Assembly (NCBI GenBank): GCA_013694995.1
Contig: JACDBH010000001.1
Coordinates: 66,145-130,144, forward strand
Source: Candidatus Saccharimonadota bacterium
GTDB taxonomy: Bacteria; Patescibacteriota; Saccharimonadia; Saccharimonadales; JACDBH01
Length of the DNA: 64,000 nucleotides
Direction of reading: 5' to 3'
Shown piece after piece: positions 52,626-64,000 of this stretch. The notes under the pieces were generated by a model. It worked only from the letters and a program-made list of their open reading frames with translations, was not told where the DNA came from and ran no database searches. The position numbers and the translations under genes are program-made. The number at the start of each line of letters is the position of its first letter. Position 1 is the stretch's first letter.

Positions 52626-55613
52626 ATGAGTGGCTTTCTTTTAACACTGGTAATCCTATTAGGCATCCTGATTGGAGCCGGCCTAGTGATTTTTTATCAT
52701 TCCCGTAAACTTCTAAGGGAACAGAAGAACTATGAGCGCAGCCTTAAAATGGTGCCACTGCTGATACATTTGCCACCGACTAGTGATGATATCGAAAAAG
52801 GCTCACGTGATGTGCGCGACGTGACCGACGAGACCATTAGCAAGGCCCAAATTGTTTACAACATTATCGCCAGCACATATAAGAAGAGTTTTAAAGACAA
52901 GTTCTATGGGCAGCGACATTTCAGCTTTGAAATAGTGGGGGTAAAAGGGTTTGTGTACCTTTATGCCGCAGTACCAATATCAATGCTGGACGTCGTCAGG
53001 CAGGCAATTGTCAGTGCTTATCCATCGGTACGATTGGAGGAAGTTTCTGAACATAATATCTTTAGCCCCGTTGGCAAGATGAGTGGGACTATGGGCGGTG
53101 AGCTAACGCTGAAAGAAAATTATGCCTATCCTATTGCTACCTACCAGGATCTGAAACGCGATGCCCTACAGAGTGTATTAAACGCGCTGTCGACCCTTGA
53201 TAAAGAAGATGGCGCTGGAATACAAATAATGATGCGGCCAGCTGACAGTAGCTGGCGCAAGAATGCTGCCGCCGTGGCATCCAAGAAACGAAAAGGTAAT
53301 GACTCTAAGAAGAGCGGGGCGGCCATTCTGCAGTTTTCTCGCGATGTATTGACCGCAGCGGTAAAGCCGCCGGAAGAAAAGGGTGGAAAGCCCGAGGAAA
53401 AGAAAGAGCTATCTGGCATGGAACAGGCTGTATTAGATGCGATTGATGATAAAACACGCTATCCGGGCTTTGAGGTACTCATCCGCGTGGTCGCCAGTTC
53501 CAATATTTCACAACGGTCGCAGAGTATTCTTAACAACATAGTTGCCAGTTTCGCGCTTTTTGATGCACCTGGTAAGAATGGCTTCAAATTTACTCCAGCT
53601 AAGGATATAGAAAGCTTTACGACGGCTTATATAATGCGGTTCTTTCCGCAAGAGAATAAGCAAAATATCTTGAATGCTGTTGAACTTGCAACACTTTTCC
53701 ATTTCCCAGACCAAGCCAGTATACCGACTACTCAGCTGGAACGCCAAGCAAGCAAACAAGTTGATGGCCCACGCAACATCTCTGAAGATGGAATGATGCT
53801 TGGCTATAATATTTTTAGAGGATCTAAAAAAAGAATCAATCTGGATCCAGAAGACCGCCGCCGCCATATTTATGCGGTCGGGCAGACCGGTACAGGTAAA
53901 TCGACTTTTCTGGAAAACCTTGCTCTTCAGGATATGCTGAATGGTAATGGCTTTGCTTTTATTGATCCGCACGGTGACGTCGTGGAGAATCTTATGGCAA
54001 TGGTGCCGAGAGAACGCACTGAAGACGTAATTTATTTCAATCCATCTGATATGGAGTACCCTCTAGGCCTTAATATGTTTGAGTTTGATCATCCTGACCA
54101 GATAGACTTCTTGATCCAGGAGACTATCGGCATGCTCTATAAACTCTACGATCCCCAGCGACAAGGTATTATTGGTCCGCGTTACGAGCATTTGTTTAGA
54201 AGTGCCGCTCAAACCGTAATGGCCGACCCGGCCGGTGGTAGTTTTATCGATATACCAAAACTCTTCAACGATGACGCTTATGTAAAAAGCAAGCTCAAGC
54301 ATGTAACTGATCCTACGGTGCTTGACTTCTGGCTTAAGGAAATGCCTGCCAGCCAGCGGAGTAATGAGTTCGGCGAAGTCAAGAGCTGGTTCGTGAGCAA
54401 GTTCGGTGCCTTTCTTAGCAACCAGATGATGCGCAATATCATAGGCCAGACCAAGAGCTCGTTCAACTTGCGGGACATAATGGATAATAAGAAAATTCTA
54501 TTAGTAAACCTGAGCAAAGGGCGAACAGGCGAATTAAACTCCAAGCTGTTAGGTATGATCTTCGTCATGAAGTTTCAGGCTGCGGCTATGTCTCGGGCCT
54601 CCATACCCGAAGATGAACGGGTAGACTTTAGCCTCTATGTTGACGAGTTCCAGAACTTTTCAACCGATTCATTCGCCACCATCTTAAGTGAAGCCCGTAA
54701 GTACCGCCTCAGCCTTATAGTTGCAAACCAGTTCACGACTCAGCTTACTGAGGAGATTAGGGATGCGGTAATCGGTAACATTGGTACCATTGTCTCTTTC
54801 CGCGTAGGTACTAATGATGCTGAGTTTCTGGCGAAATACTTCGCACCCGTGTTTGATATACATGACCTGCAGAGAATCCCAAACTTCAATTCAGTTACAC
54901 GAATGCTGATTGGTGGCGTACCGAGCCAGCCGTTTAGTATGGCCACCTTGCCGCCTCTAGGTAAACCCAACCCACAGCTGGCGGTCGCGCTTAAGCAACT
55001 ATCGGCCGCCAAATTTGGCCGTCCCCGTGCTAGAGTTGAATCGGAAATATTTACCCGCCTGAGGACTGTCGAGCCCGCCAGGCCACCAGCAGATACTAAT
55101 CCTTTCGCTAAGGCGCCAGGTTCACCATTTAGCCCTCCAGCGGCTTCTAAAACATCAGGAGGCTCTTTCTTGGACGAATGGCTTGCCAAGCGCCAGTCGG
55201 CTGGGGGCCCGGTAACACCTACGCCTTTTGCTTCGCCCAGCTCTAATTTTGCCGGCCCAGCCCGAAATTCATTGCCTTCCTCTGTGCAACCAAACCCTAT
55301 TCCAAATCCCTTAACTCCCTTACAACCCAGCGTCAACACAGGTAGCACCATCGGGTACATGGACGCAAAATCTAATAACATCTCAAGTAATGAAGTTGAA
55401 CAGGAAGAAGCTCTTAAAATAGCAGAAAAGCTGAAACAAGAGCTGGGCCAGCACGCGCCAGCCACTGCAAACTCAGGGGTATCACTGCCGGCTGCAGAAC
55501 CCAAAGAGCCTGAAAATAGCGACACGATCTCTATTGATCAAGACGGTAATTTCACTAAACCTTCTGAAAGCCTGGAAGTATTACCGGAACCTACGGATAA
55601 TCCAGCTACTTAA
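52626..55613 (+). CDS. VirD4/TraD-like (HerA/FtsK-superfamily) membrane-anchored P-loop ATPase, type IV coupling-protein-like
   Basis: 995 aa. N-terminal TM (FLLTLVILLGILIGAGLVIFY), Walker A YAVGQTGTGKSTFLENL followed by FIDPHGD, Walker B FSLYVDEFQNF, LIVANQF. Long Pro/Ser-rich disordered C-terminus. Confidence 0.7.
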   Translation: MSGFLLTLVILLGILIGAGLVIFYHSRKLLREQKNYERSLKMVPLLIHLPPTSDDIEKGSRDVRDVTDETISKAQIVYNIIASTYKKSFKDKFYGQRHFSFEIVGVKGFVYLYAAVPISMLDVVRQAIVSAYPSVRLEEVSEHNIFSPVGKMSGTMGGELTLKENYAYPIATYQDLKRDALQSVLNALSTLDKEDGAGIQIMMRPADSSWRKNAAAVASKKRKGNDSKKSGAAILQFSRDVLTAAVKPPEEKGGKPEEKKELSGMEQAVLDAIDDKTRYPGFEVLIRVVASSNISQRSQSILNNIVASFALFDAPGKNGFKFTPAKDIESFTTAYIMRFFPQENKQNILNAVELATLFHFPDQASIPTTQLERQASKQVDGPRNISEDGMMLGYNIFRGSKKRINLDPEDRRRHIYAVGQTGTGKSTFLENLALQDMLNGNGFAFIDPHGDVVENLMAMVPRERTEDVIYFNPSDMEYPLGLNMFEFDHPDQIDFLIQETIGMLYKLYDPQRQGIIGPRYEHLFRSAAQTVMADPAGGSFIDIPKLFNDDAYVKSKLKHVTDPTVLDFWLKEMPASQRSNEFGEVKSWFVSKFGAFLSNQMMRNIIGQTKSSFNLRDIMDNKKILLVNLSKGRTGELNSKLLGMIFVMKFQAAAMSRASIPEDERVDFSLYVDEFQNFSTDSFATILSEARKYRLSLIVANQFTTQLTEEIRDAVIGNIGTIVSFRVGTNDAEFLAKYFAPVFDIHDLQRIPNFNSVTRMLIGGVPSQPFSMATLPPLGKPNPQLAVALKQLSAAKFGRPRARVESEIFTRLRTVEPARPPADTNPFAKAPGSPFSPPAASKTSGGSFLDEWLAKRQSAGGPVTPTPFASPSSNFAGPARNSLPSSVQPNPIPNPLTPLQPSVNTGSTIGYMDAKSNNISSNEVEQEEALKIAEKLKQELGQHAPATANSGVSLPAAEPKEPENSDTISIDQDGNFTKPSESLEVLPEPTDNPAT

Positions 55614-56182
55614 GGCCGGCGCCTTAGTAAGACTCGCACCAAAAATTCAACTACTAAACCTATGAAGAAACCGGCCAGGAATAATAATACGAAAAGTAGA
55701 AAGTTGAACTCGTATCCATAATGTCGGGCTATCCAAAGGGAAGCACTACTGCCCAAGAAAGCCATAATACCTCCTGCAAGTACCCCTGACGGTCGGGCAA
55801 CTGTTTTGCCTCCGGCTTCAGATATAGCTTCAACGGCTGGATTGTGCATAATACGACTCAAAACTCGGGCGGGAGGTGACATATGACTCCTGGCCCGTTT
55901 GAGAGTGCGCTGGTAGGCTATATTCTTGAGTTCGCGGTTAATATAAGCCGGTTGCTCGTGGCTGTCGGGCTTGGTTTCAGAGCTGTGCTTTTCTAAAACG
56001 TCTTTCGCGCTCTCGGCTTCATTCTCTGCATCTTGGCGGAGGCTTTCTATCTTCTCTGCATGCTCGTGTTTGGCATTCTGACCCTTTTCGATGGTTTGTT
56101 TAAGGGCTTCCTGATGGCGTCTATGTAACTCCTCAATTGAAACTGGGTTCTGTTCAGGGCTAATAGGAGCTCGTTCGCTCAT
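55610..56182 (-). CDS. hypothetical membrane protein (charged N-terminal half, two C-terminal TMs)
   Basis: The likely start is ATG 56182 (MSERAPISPEQ). The C-terminus reads GGIMAFLGSSASLWIA...FLLFVLLFLAGFFIGLVVEFLV. Convergent with the ATPase gene (4-nt overlap of ends). Confidence 0.5.
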   Translation of the reverse strand: MSERAPISPEQNPVSIEELHRRHQEALKQTIEKGQNAKHEHAEKIESLRQDAENEAESAKDVLEKHSSETKPDSHEQPAYINRELKNIAYQRTLKRARSHMSPPARVLSRIMHNPAVEAISEAGGKTVARPSGVLAGGIMAFLGSSASLWIARHYGYEFNFLLFVLLFLAGFFIGLVVEFLVRVLLRRRP

Positions 56183-56183
56183 T

Positions 56184-58181
56184 TTATAATCCACCCGTAT
56201 GCGCAAAATCAGTGCGGATTAGCTCTAATTCTTGTACCAGTAGCCGACTGCGGGCGAAGAAGTAAGCCACTATTGCCGTAGCCGCAAAGCCAATAATCAA
56301 GCTGGTGCCAGGTCCGGTGTTCGGTAGGCGTTCGGTAATATATTCGGCACTTTTTGGCAGCGGGCAATTGATATTGATGTCTAGCTGGTTGCCGAACTTA
56401 TTACTTATCTTGCAGTCAAAAGCAGTGGTCATAGCGCCCGGTTGATTAGTAGAAGGGATAGGGGTCTTAAGTTTAACGCGGAACTGGTTAGCTATGTCGC
56501 TATTTGCGCTGACTGTTTGGCTGTTCCAGCTCAAAGTTTTGGCAGTGGCATCAAATGTACCACCTTGCTGGGTTAGGAATGCTTGATCAAGCTCAGCATA
56601 ATCCAGGATGTCACCGATATAGTCGCTGACATTAACGTTTGCCCGGCCGTAATCATAGCTGTTATGGGTTATAAGGCTGTATTCTATGGTGTCTCCAGCT
56701 TTAGCTTTGCTGCCGGGGGTAGCGTTGCTGTCTAGGTTTTGGGTTAGATTGCGTGCAATCTTGCTTTGGGACAGTGATTGGTCCGGTTCTGAATCTATAG
56801 GCGCGCTGCATAATACTGTCTGATCAGTTTGGCCAGTGCCATTACCTATTTTGTAATTCGCAACAACAGTAGCGTTATAAGCGCCATCCTTATATATGTG
56901 TGCCACAGTATTTTCGTAGGATGTTGAACTTATGGTTTCCACCCTGGAGCCATCACCGTAGTCATAAACGTAGCTTTGTATTGAAGTAAGGCTTGGGTTA
57001 CTGGACGTCAGGACTGTCTTGAGTGTAAAGCTTTTAGTTGTACGGTTTATGTCCGAGTTGGTAATTACGCAGGCTACGATTGGTGTAACACAGCGGGCAT
57101 CGGATTTTAGTAAACTTGTATCAAGCTCGCACTTTGGCTCCGGTGTCGGCTCTGGAGTTGGCTCGACTATTGGTTCGGCTGGCGGAGGAGAAAGAAAAGT
57201 AAGACAGACATCGGGCTCGCCTCCATCAGATACGGCAGGGGCATTCCCGGAGGAGAGCCGTGCGGTGTTACAGGCCCTAGTACCATTTACGGTTCCATTC
57301 TTGAATTTTACCCTGATAAGCAAGAAAGTATTGAGCTCCGCCGTATAAGGTGCGTCGGGCAGAGGCATGGTGATAACCCCATTGCTTATGGGCAAGTCAG
57401 CTGGACCATCAATAATTTCAAGATTAGAATCTAGTGGGTCGGTCATGACTATGTTGTTCGCCGGGTACGAATCAGCTACGTTATTTCTATAATCAAACCT
57501 ATAAACTATGCTTTCTTCGGGCCGCAGCACCTTCGAGCCTTCAATGGTTTTTCTCAGCTGGAGGCTAGGGGTATTGAGGCTAGGCTGGCCGACCTGTGTA
57601 AAGTTACCGCAATCTACAAGTATCCAAAACTTTTTACCGTTCTTAATGCCTTCAAATGCCTTGTAAGTATTGAAACTATTAACTATGTCCCATGCACGTA
57701 GCTGGCGTAGGTACACTGTTGTAGAGCCGGCCTGTACGGGTATCTCACTTTGTTTATATATATCATTGATCTCTGCTGCTTTCGAAACTGCCGAGAGAGA
57801 TGTACGGCCTGTCGTCCAGTAATCTGCGCTGTCTGAGCGGATAGTTGAATTAGGATACATGGGCAGGGCAGCAATATCCTCGCGGGTAAGTCCGAAGCGG
57901 CTATATATAGCAGCAACATTCTGATCACTGGTACCACCGTCCCAAGCCCGCAGAATGTCATCACGCGTCCTTAACCCATTAATAATATAATCATTGGAGT
58001 AGGCTAGGGACTTTTCTGGTGGGGCTACAACTGCAAAAACCTGGATAAACATAGCTAGAGCCACAAAACCGAATCCTAAGCGGCGTATTGACTCCTCAGC
58101 ATGCATGCGGTTGGCATAAAAAGTAACTGTCCCTATTAGGCTAGGGTTGAACGGCAGGTTACTGACTAGTTTGCGGAACAT
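56184..58181 (-). CDS. LPXTG-anchored (LPNTG) large surface protein with DUF11-like repeat region
   Basis: 665 aa. N-terminal TM (LGFGFVALAMFIQVFAVVA), MTDPLDSNLEIIDGP (DUF11-like), PEP-rich linker. C-terminus has LPNTG + hydrophobic stretch + ARSR. Confidence 0.7.
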   Translation of the reverse strand: MFRKLVSNLPFNPSLIGTVTFYANRMHAEESIRRLGFGFVALAMFIQVFAVVAPPEKSLAYSNDYIINGLRTRDDILRAWDGGTSDQNVAAIYSRFGLTREDIAALPMYPNSTIRSDSADYWTTGRTSLSAVSKAAEINDIYKQSEIPVQAGSTTVYLRQLRAWDIVNSFNTYKAFEGIKNGKKFWILVDCGNFTQVGQPSLNTPSLQLRKTIEGSKVLRPEESIVYRFDYRNNVADSYPANNIVMTDPLDSNLEIIDGPADLPISNGVITMPLPDAPYTAELNTFLLIRVKFKNGTVNGTRACNTARLSSGNAPAVSDGGEPDVCLTFLSPPPAEPIVEPTPEPTPEPKCELDTSLLKSDARCVTPIVACVITNSDINRTTKSFTLKTVLTSSNPSLTSIQSYVYDYGDGSRVETISSTSYENTVAHIYKDGAYNATVVANYKIGNGTGQTDQTVLCSAPIDSEPDQSLSQSKIARNLTQNLDSNATPGSKAKAGDTIEYSLITHNSYDYGRANVNVSDYIGDILDYAELDQAFLTQQGGTFDATAKTLSWNSQTVSANSDIANQFRVKLKTPIPSTNQPGAMTTAFDCKISNKFGNQLDININCPLPKSAEYITERLPNTGPGTSLIIGFAATAIVAYFFARSRLLVQELELIRTDFAHTGGL

Positions 58182-58229
58182 TGTTTTTTTAAATGTTTAT
58201 TTATTATTTAATGTGTTCATGCTTATTGA

Positions 58230-60293
<2,064 letters not shown>

Positions 60294-60307
60294 CAAGGGA
60301 ATATTTT

Positions 60308-62857
60308 ATGGACGAAACCGAAAGACGCATGAAGCCGATTGATCCACTGAACCACTCCAAGACGATGGTTTTAAGGTCAGTTGAAGATGAGATGGAGACT
60401 AGTTACCTGCAATATTCGATGAGCGTTATTGTAGCCCGGGCACTACCAGACGTCCGTGACGGCCTCAAGCCGGTCCACCGCCGTATTTTGTACGTTATGG
60501 ACAAGACAGGGCTTCGCAGCACCGGAAAGCATACCAAGAGCGCCCAGATAGTTGGAGAAGTCATGGGTAAGTACCATCCGCATGGCGACACGGCGATTTA
60601 TGACTCCATGGTACGCCTAGCACAGCCGTTCAGCACTCGCTATATGCTGGTTGACGGCCAGGGTAACTTTGGTTCGATGGATGGGGACCCGCCTGCTGCC
60701 TACCGCTATACCGAAGCTCGTATGACAAAGGCATCAGAGGCCATGATCGAAGACATCGATAAGGATACAGTGCCGTTTAGAGACAACTTCGACGGATCAC
60801 AGCAAGAACCCGAGGTATTACCGGCCAAGCTACCTAATCTTCTTTTGAACGGGCAAGTCGGTATCGCTGTCGGTATGGCGACCAGCATCCCACCCCATAA
60901 CCTCGGTGAGTTAGTAGACGCTACCGTAACCCAGATAGATAATCCCGACGCTACCTTAGATGATCTGATGAAACACGTCAAAGGTCCGGATTTTCCAACC
61001 GGCGGCATCATCTATGGTAAAGAGTCGATAAGAACTGCATTTGCGACCGGCCGCGGTGGCGTTATAGTCCGCGGCGTCGCTAACATCGAAGAAACCAGCA
61101 AAAACCGTCAGCGGATAATAATCAGCGAGATTCCTTATGCTGTAAACAAGGCCGGACTGGTCGAAAAGATTGCCGACCTTGTTAAGGATAAGAAAGTCAA
61201 TGGTATATCGGATATACGGGACGAAAGTGCTCGTGGCTCTGTCAGGGTTGTTATCGATCTTAAGAAAGACGCCTACCCTAAGAAACTTCTCAACCAGCTC
61301 TATAAACTGACACCGCTACAGACGGCCTTTCACTACAACATGTTGGCGCTTATCGATGGTATACAGCCTCGCGTCCTCGGTCTGCAAGATATTATCCAAG
61401 AATACCTGAAGCATCGCCAGATAGTAGTACGTCGGCGGACTGAGTTTGAACTTCGTAAAGCGAAAGATCGGGCTCATATCCTTGAAGGACTTAAGATTGC
61501 CCTGGACCACATCGATGAAGTAATCGCTACTATCCGCGCTTCACAGACAACAGACGAGGCCCAGGCTAATTTAATCAAGAAGTTTACTTTGACCGAGATT
61601 CAGGCCAAAGCAATCCTAGCTATGCAACTTCGTACGCTCGCAGGATTGGAACGGCAGAAGATAGAAGACGAGCTAGCTGAACTTCTCAAGATTATTGCCA
61701 GCCTCGAAGGGATCCTGAATAGTGAAAAGGAAATATTCAAGATAATCCGGGCAGAATTATTGGAGATGAAAAAGCAGTTCGGAGATGCACGCCGCACGGT
61801 TGTCGTACCGCAGGAATTAGGCAAGTTATCTGACGAAGATCTGGTTCCGGATGAACAGGTTGTTGTAACTCTTACAGCGAATAATTACATCAAGCGTAGT
61901 TCGATTACAGATTACAAAAAGCAAGGTAGGGGGGGTAAAGGCCGAAGGGGCATGGCTACGAGGGAGGAAGATGTGATTGATCATGTTGTTAATACCTCAA
62001 CGCATGACTACCTGTTATTCTTCACAAACAAGGGTAGGGTATTCCGACTAAAAACTTATGAAGTACCCGCCGTTGGATTAAATGCCAAAGGCATAGCAAT
62101 TGTTAACCTATTGCAATTACAACCAGAGGAAACCGTCAGCGCTGTCATTAACGTCAGTAAGACTGTCGAAGCCGGGCATCTGATGATGTGTACTGTCAGG
62201 GGCGTCGTCAAGAAGACACCGTTTGAACAGTACAAAAATGTTCGTAACAGCGGGCTAATCACTATAAACTTGGATCAAGGTGATGAACTGAAGTGGATCC
62301 GAACTACCAGCGGCGACAATGAGGTGGTTATCAGTACTTCCCAGGGGCAGGCAATTCGTTTTCACGAAAAGGACGTTCGCCCGATGGGGCGTACCTCCAG
62401 GGGTGTCCGTGGTATCCGACTTCGCAGCGAAGACCGGGTAATTGGCATGGATATAGTCGAGACAGACACCAGTATATTCGTAATCTCGGAGTTCGGTTAT
62501 GGCAAGCGGACCAAAATCTCGCAGTTTACGGCTCATGCCCGTGGTGGTGTCGGTATCCGTTCGGCTGTTGTTAACAAAAAGACAGGTAATCTTGTGAGCG
62601 TCAAAGCGCTTACTGAGGCTGCTAATGAGGTCATCATCATTTCGACCCAAGGCCAGACTATTAGGCTTGGTCTCAAGGATATCCCTGAGCTTGGTCGGGC
62701 TACCCAAGGTGTCCGCATTATGCGCCTCAATGACAACGACAATGTTGCCTCATTAGCGTTACTTGATAAGTCTCTTGAGGTAGGTGAAGACGAAGAGATG
62801 GAAGATGACGGCTCGCCGGAAGTGGCTGCAACTAAGACAACCCCAATTACTGAATAG
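60308..62857 (+). CDS. gyrA: DNA gyrase subunit A
   Basis: [49 protein letters not shown] (active-site Tyr), C-terminal beta-pinwheel repeats, acidic tail. Confidence 0.95.
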   Translation: MDETERRMKPIDPLNHSKTMVLRSVEDEMETSYLQYSMSVIVARALPDVRDGLKPVHRRILYVMDKTGLRSTGKHTKSAQIVGEVMGKYHPHGDTAIYDSMVRLAQPFSTRYMLVDGQGNFGSMDGDPPAAYRYTEARMTKASEAMIEDIDKDTVPFRDNFDGSQQEPEVLPAKLPNLLLNGQVGIAVGMATSIPPHNLGELVDATVTQIDNPDATLDDLMKHVKGPDFPTGGIIYGKESIRTAFATGRGGVIVRGVANIEETSKNRQRIIISEIPYAVNKAGLVEKIADLVKDKKVNGISDIRDESARGSVRVVIDLKKDAYPKKLLNQLYKLTPLQTAFHYNMLALIDGIQPRVLGLQDIIQEYLKHRQIVVRRRTEFELRKAKDRAHILEGLKIALDHIDEVIATIRASQTTDEAQANLIKKFTLTEIQAKAILAMQLRTLAGLERQKIEDELAELLKIIASLEGILNSEKEIFKIIRAELLEMKKQFGDARRTVVVPQELGKLSDEDLVPDEQVVVTLTANNYIKRSSITDYKKQGRGGKGRRGMATREEDVIDHVVNTSTHDYLLFFTNKGRVFRLKTYEVPAVGLNAKGIAIVNLLQLQPEETVSAVINVSKTVEAGHLMMCTVRGVVKKTPFEQYKNVRNSGLITINLDQGDELKWIRTTSGDNEVVISTSQGQAIRFHEKDVRPMGRTSRGVRGIRLRSEDRVIGMDIVETDTSIFVISEFGYGKRTKISQFTAHARGGVGIRSAVVNKKTGNLVSVKALTEAANEVIIISTQGQTIRLGLKDIPELGRATQGVRIMRLNDNDNVASLALLDKSLEVGEDEEMEDDGSPEVAATKTTPITE

Positions 62858-62951
62858 AGCCCAGTCAGTTAACCCTCTAAACTTTTCTACCGATCTTAAT
62901 AGCTCTAGGAAGTTTTATTCTTTCTATATTAAGTACTATAATTCAATTATT

Positions 62952-63242
62952 ATGATAGTAAGAAGTAAGTCAGTCGTAGCACTGGTTCTTATTGCCGCTG
63001 CAGTGGTAGGGCTTGGAGCTTGGTATTTACTGAAAGACCAAGAAAACCCGAGCCTAATTAGCCCAAACCAACAGGTTCCTTCACAGCAGGAAATTCCCGG
63101 TACACAACTCGAAGCTAATACGGAAACCAATGAACAACTAGAAGCATGCTTGAAAGCAGTTGACTCGCAAGAAAAATCTTTTGAAGCCACCGACACTCTG
63201 CTTCAAGAATACGCCCAAGACTGTTATGACAAGTATCGCTAG
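62952..63242 (+). CDS. small secreted/anchored hypothetical protein
   Basis: ATG 62952 gives MIVRSKSVVALVLIAAAVVGLGAWYLL... (96 aa). The track extension to 62784 overlaps gyrA. Confidence 0.45.
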   Translation: MIVRSKSVVALVLIAAAVVGLGAWYLLKDQENPSLISPNQQVPSQQEIPGTQLEANTETNEQLEACLKAVDSQEKSFEATDTLLQEYAQDCYDKYR

Positions 63243-63307
63243 ATTGCTTATGATTTTCCAGGGGTAAGCATAATGCTTTTGTTACAACAGATTCTGCCGT
63301 GTTGCTC

Positions 63308-63336
63308 TTGACTGACGACCTAAGAGCAGGTAGTAT
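63308..63336 (+). promoter_or_regulatory. candidate rRNA operon promoter
   Basis: TTGACT (63308-63313), a 17-nt spacer, then TAGTAT (63331-63336). About 190 nt upstream of the 16S 5' end. Confidence 0.5.
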
Positions 63337-63525
63337 TGGATGAGCACTTTTAGAGGTTTCTGTTATGTTGTCTCTAAAAAAGCTCCTTAAAAACTAGGAT
63401 AGTGCAAATCAACGTCAGTTTTTTTGAATTGTTTTTAATAGAGACGTTTAGGGTTTACCCTGGACAGTCTCAAGTCAGTTTCGACTGATGCTAATGACAA
63501 ATTCTTTTTCTAGAGCAATCTAGAT

Positions 63526-64000
<475 letters not shown>

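Noticed and set aside
54740-55525. 261-aa ORF on the minus strand inside the VirD4-like gene
   Set aside because: It is fully antisense to the Pro/Ser-rich C-terminal region of a gene with clear Walker motifs. Its sequence is low-complexity (S/G/A/L-rich), it has no RBS, and long antisense ORFs are expected opposite such codon-biased stretches.

Overview
The window looks like a gene-dense, small-genome, monoderm-style bacterium. My inference is Patescibacteria/CPR, Saccharibacteria-like. This rests on the 16S 5' fragment (63526-64000, with an expanded V1 helix), a secretin-less type IV pilus locus, LPXTG surface proteins and the absence of biosynthetic operons. BLAST of the 16S fragment would confirm or refute it.

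Content, left to right:
- rpsF-ssb-rpsR, three unknown small proteins and efp, then tlyA, a Crp/Fnr regulator and ychF.
- A surface/secretome island (8.2-17.3 kb): a membrane-anchored trypsin-like protease, two LPXTG proteins in a visibly GC-richer islet, a triple-repeat protein, and a 1021-aa protein translationally coupled to a small partner.
- A complete type IV pilus locus (17.5-29.0 kb): pilMNO, pilB, pilT, pilC, major pilin, pilD, three minor pilins and a PilX-like protein.
- xerC-like and GIY-YIG genes, ndk, and a tRNA-rich stretch (Arg, Asp, Thr, Gly) with partial tRNA copies and an unusual hairpin array.
- A GT2 glycosyltransferase, nrdR, tgt, tRNA-Val, thrS behind a ~700-nt ORF-poor spacer that includes a long leader, an ATL-like protein, miaA, rpmB, an M50 protease and tRNA-Pro.
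- A PCD-RNase HI fusion, RNase P RNA, rplT-rpmI-infC (infC starts at AUC) and comM.
- A 1.5-kb ORF-free AT-rich region.
- A VirD4/TraD-like ATPase cluster with a third LPXTG protein, then gyrB-gyrA and the start of the rRNA operon.

I found no CRISPR array, transposase, reverse transcriptase or recognisable defence system. The most unusual signals are noncoding:
1. Covarying 11-bp hairpins with GAGGAW loops and GAGAGGAGGA tails in tRNA spacers.
2. The 1.5-kb AT-rich ORF-free block.
3. tRNA-Gly and tRNA-Arg partial duplications.
4. A three-copy hairpin element at gene ends and in a leader.

All product calls come from reading the translated ORFs by eye. No database search was run.
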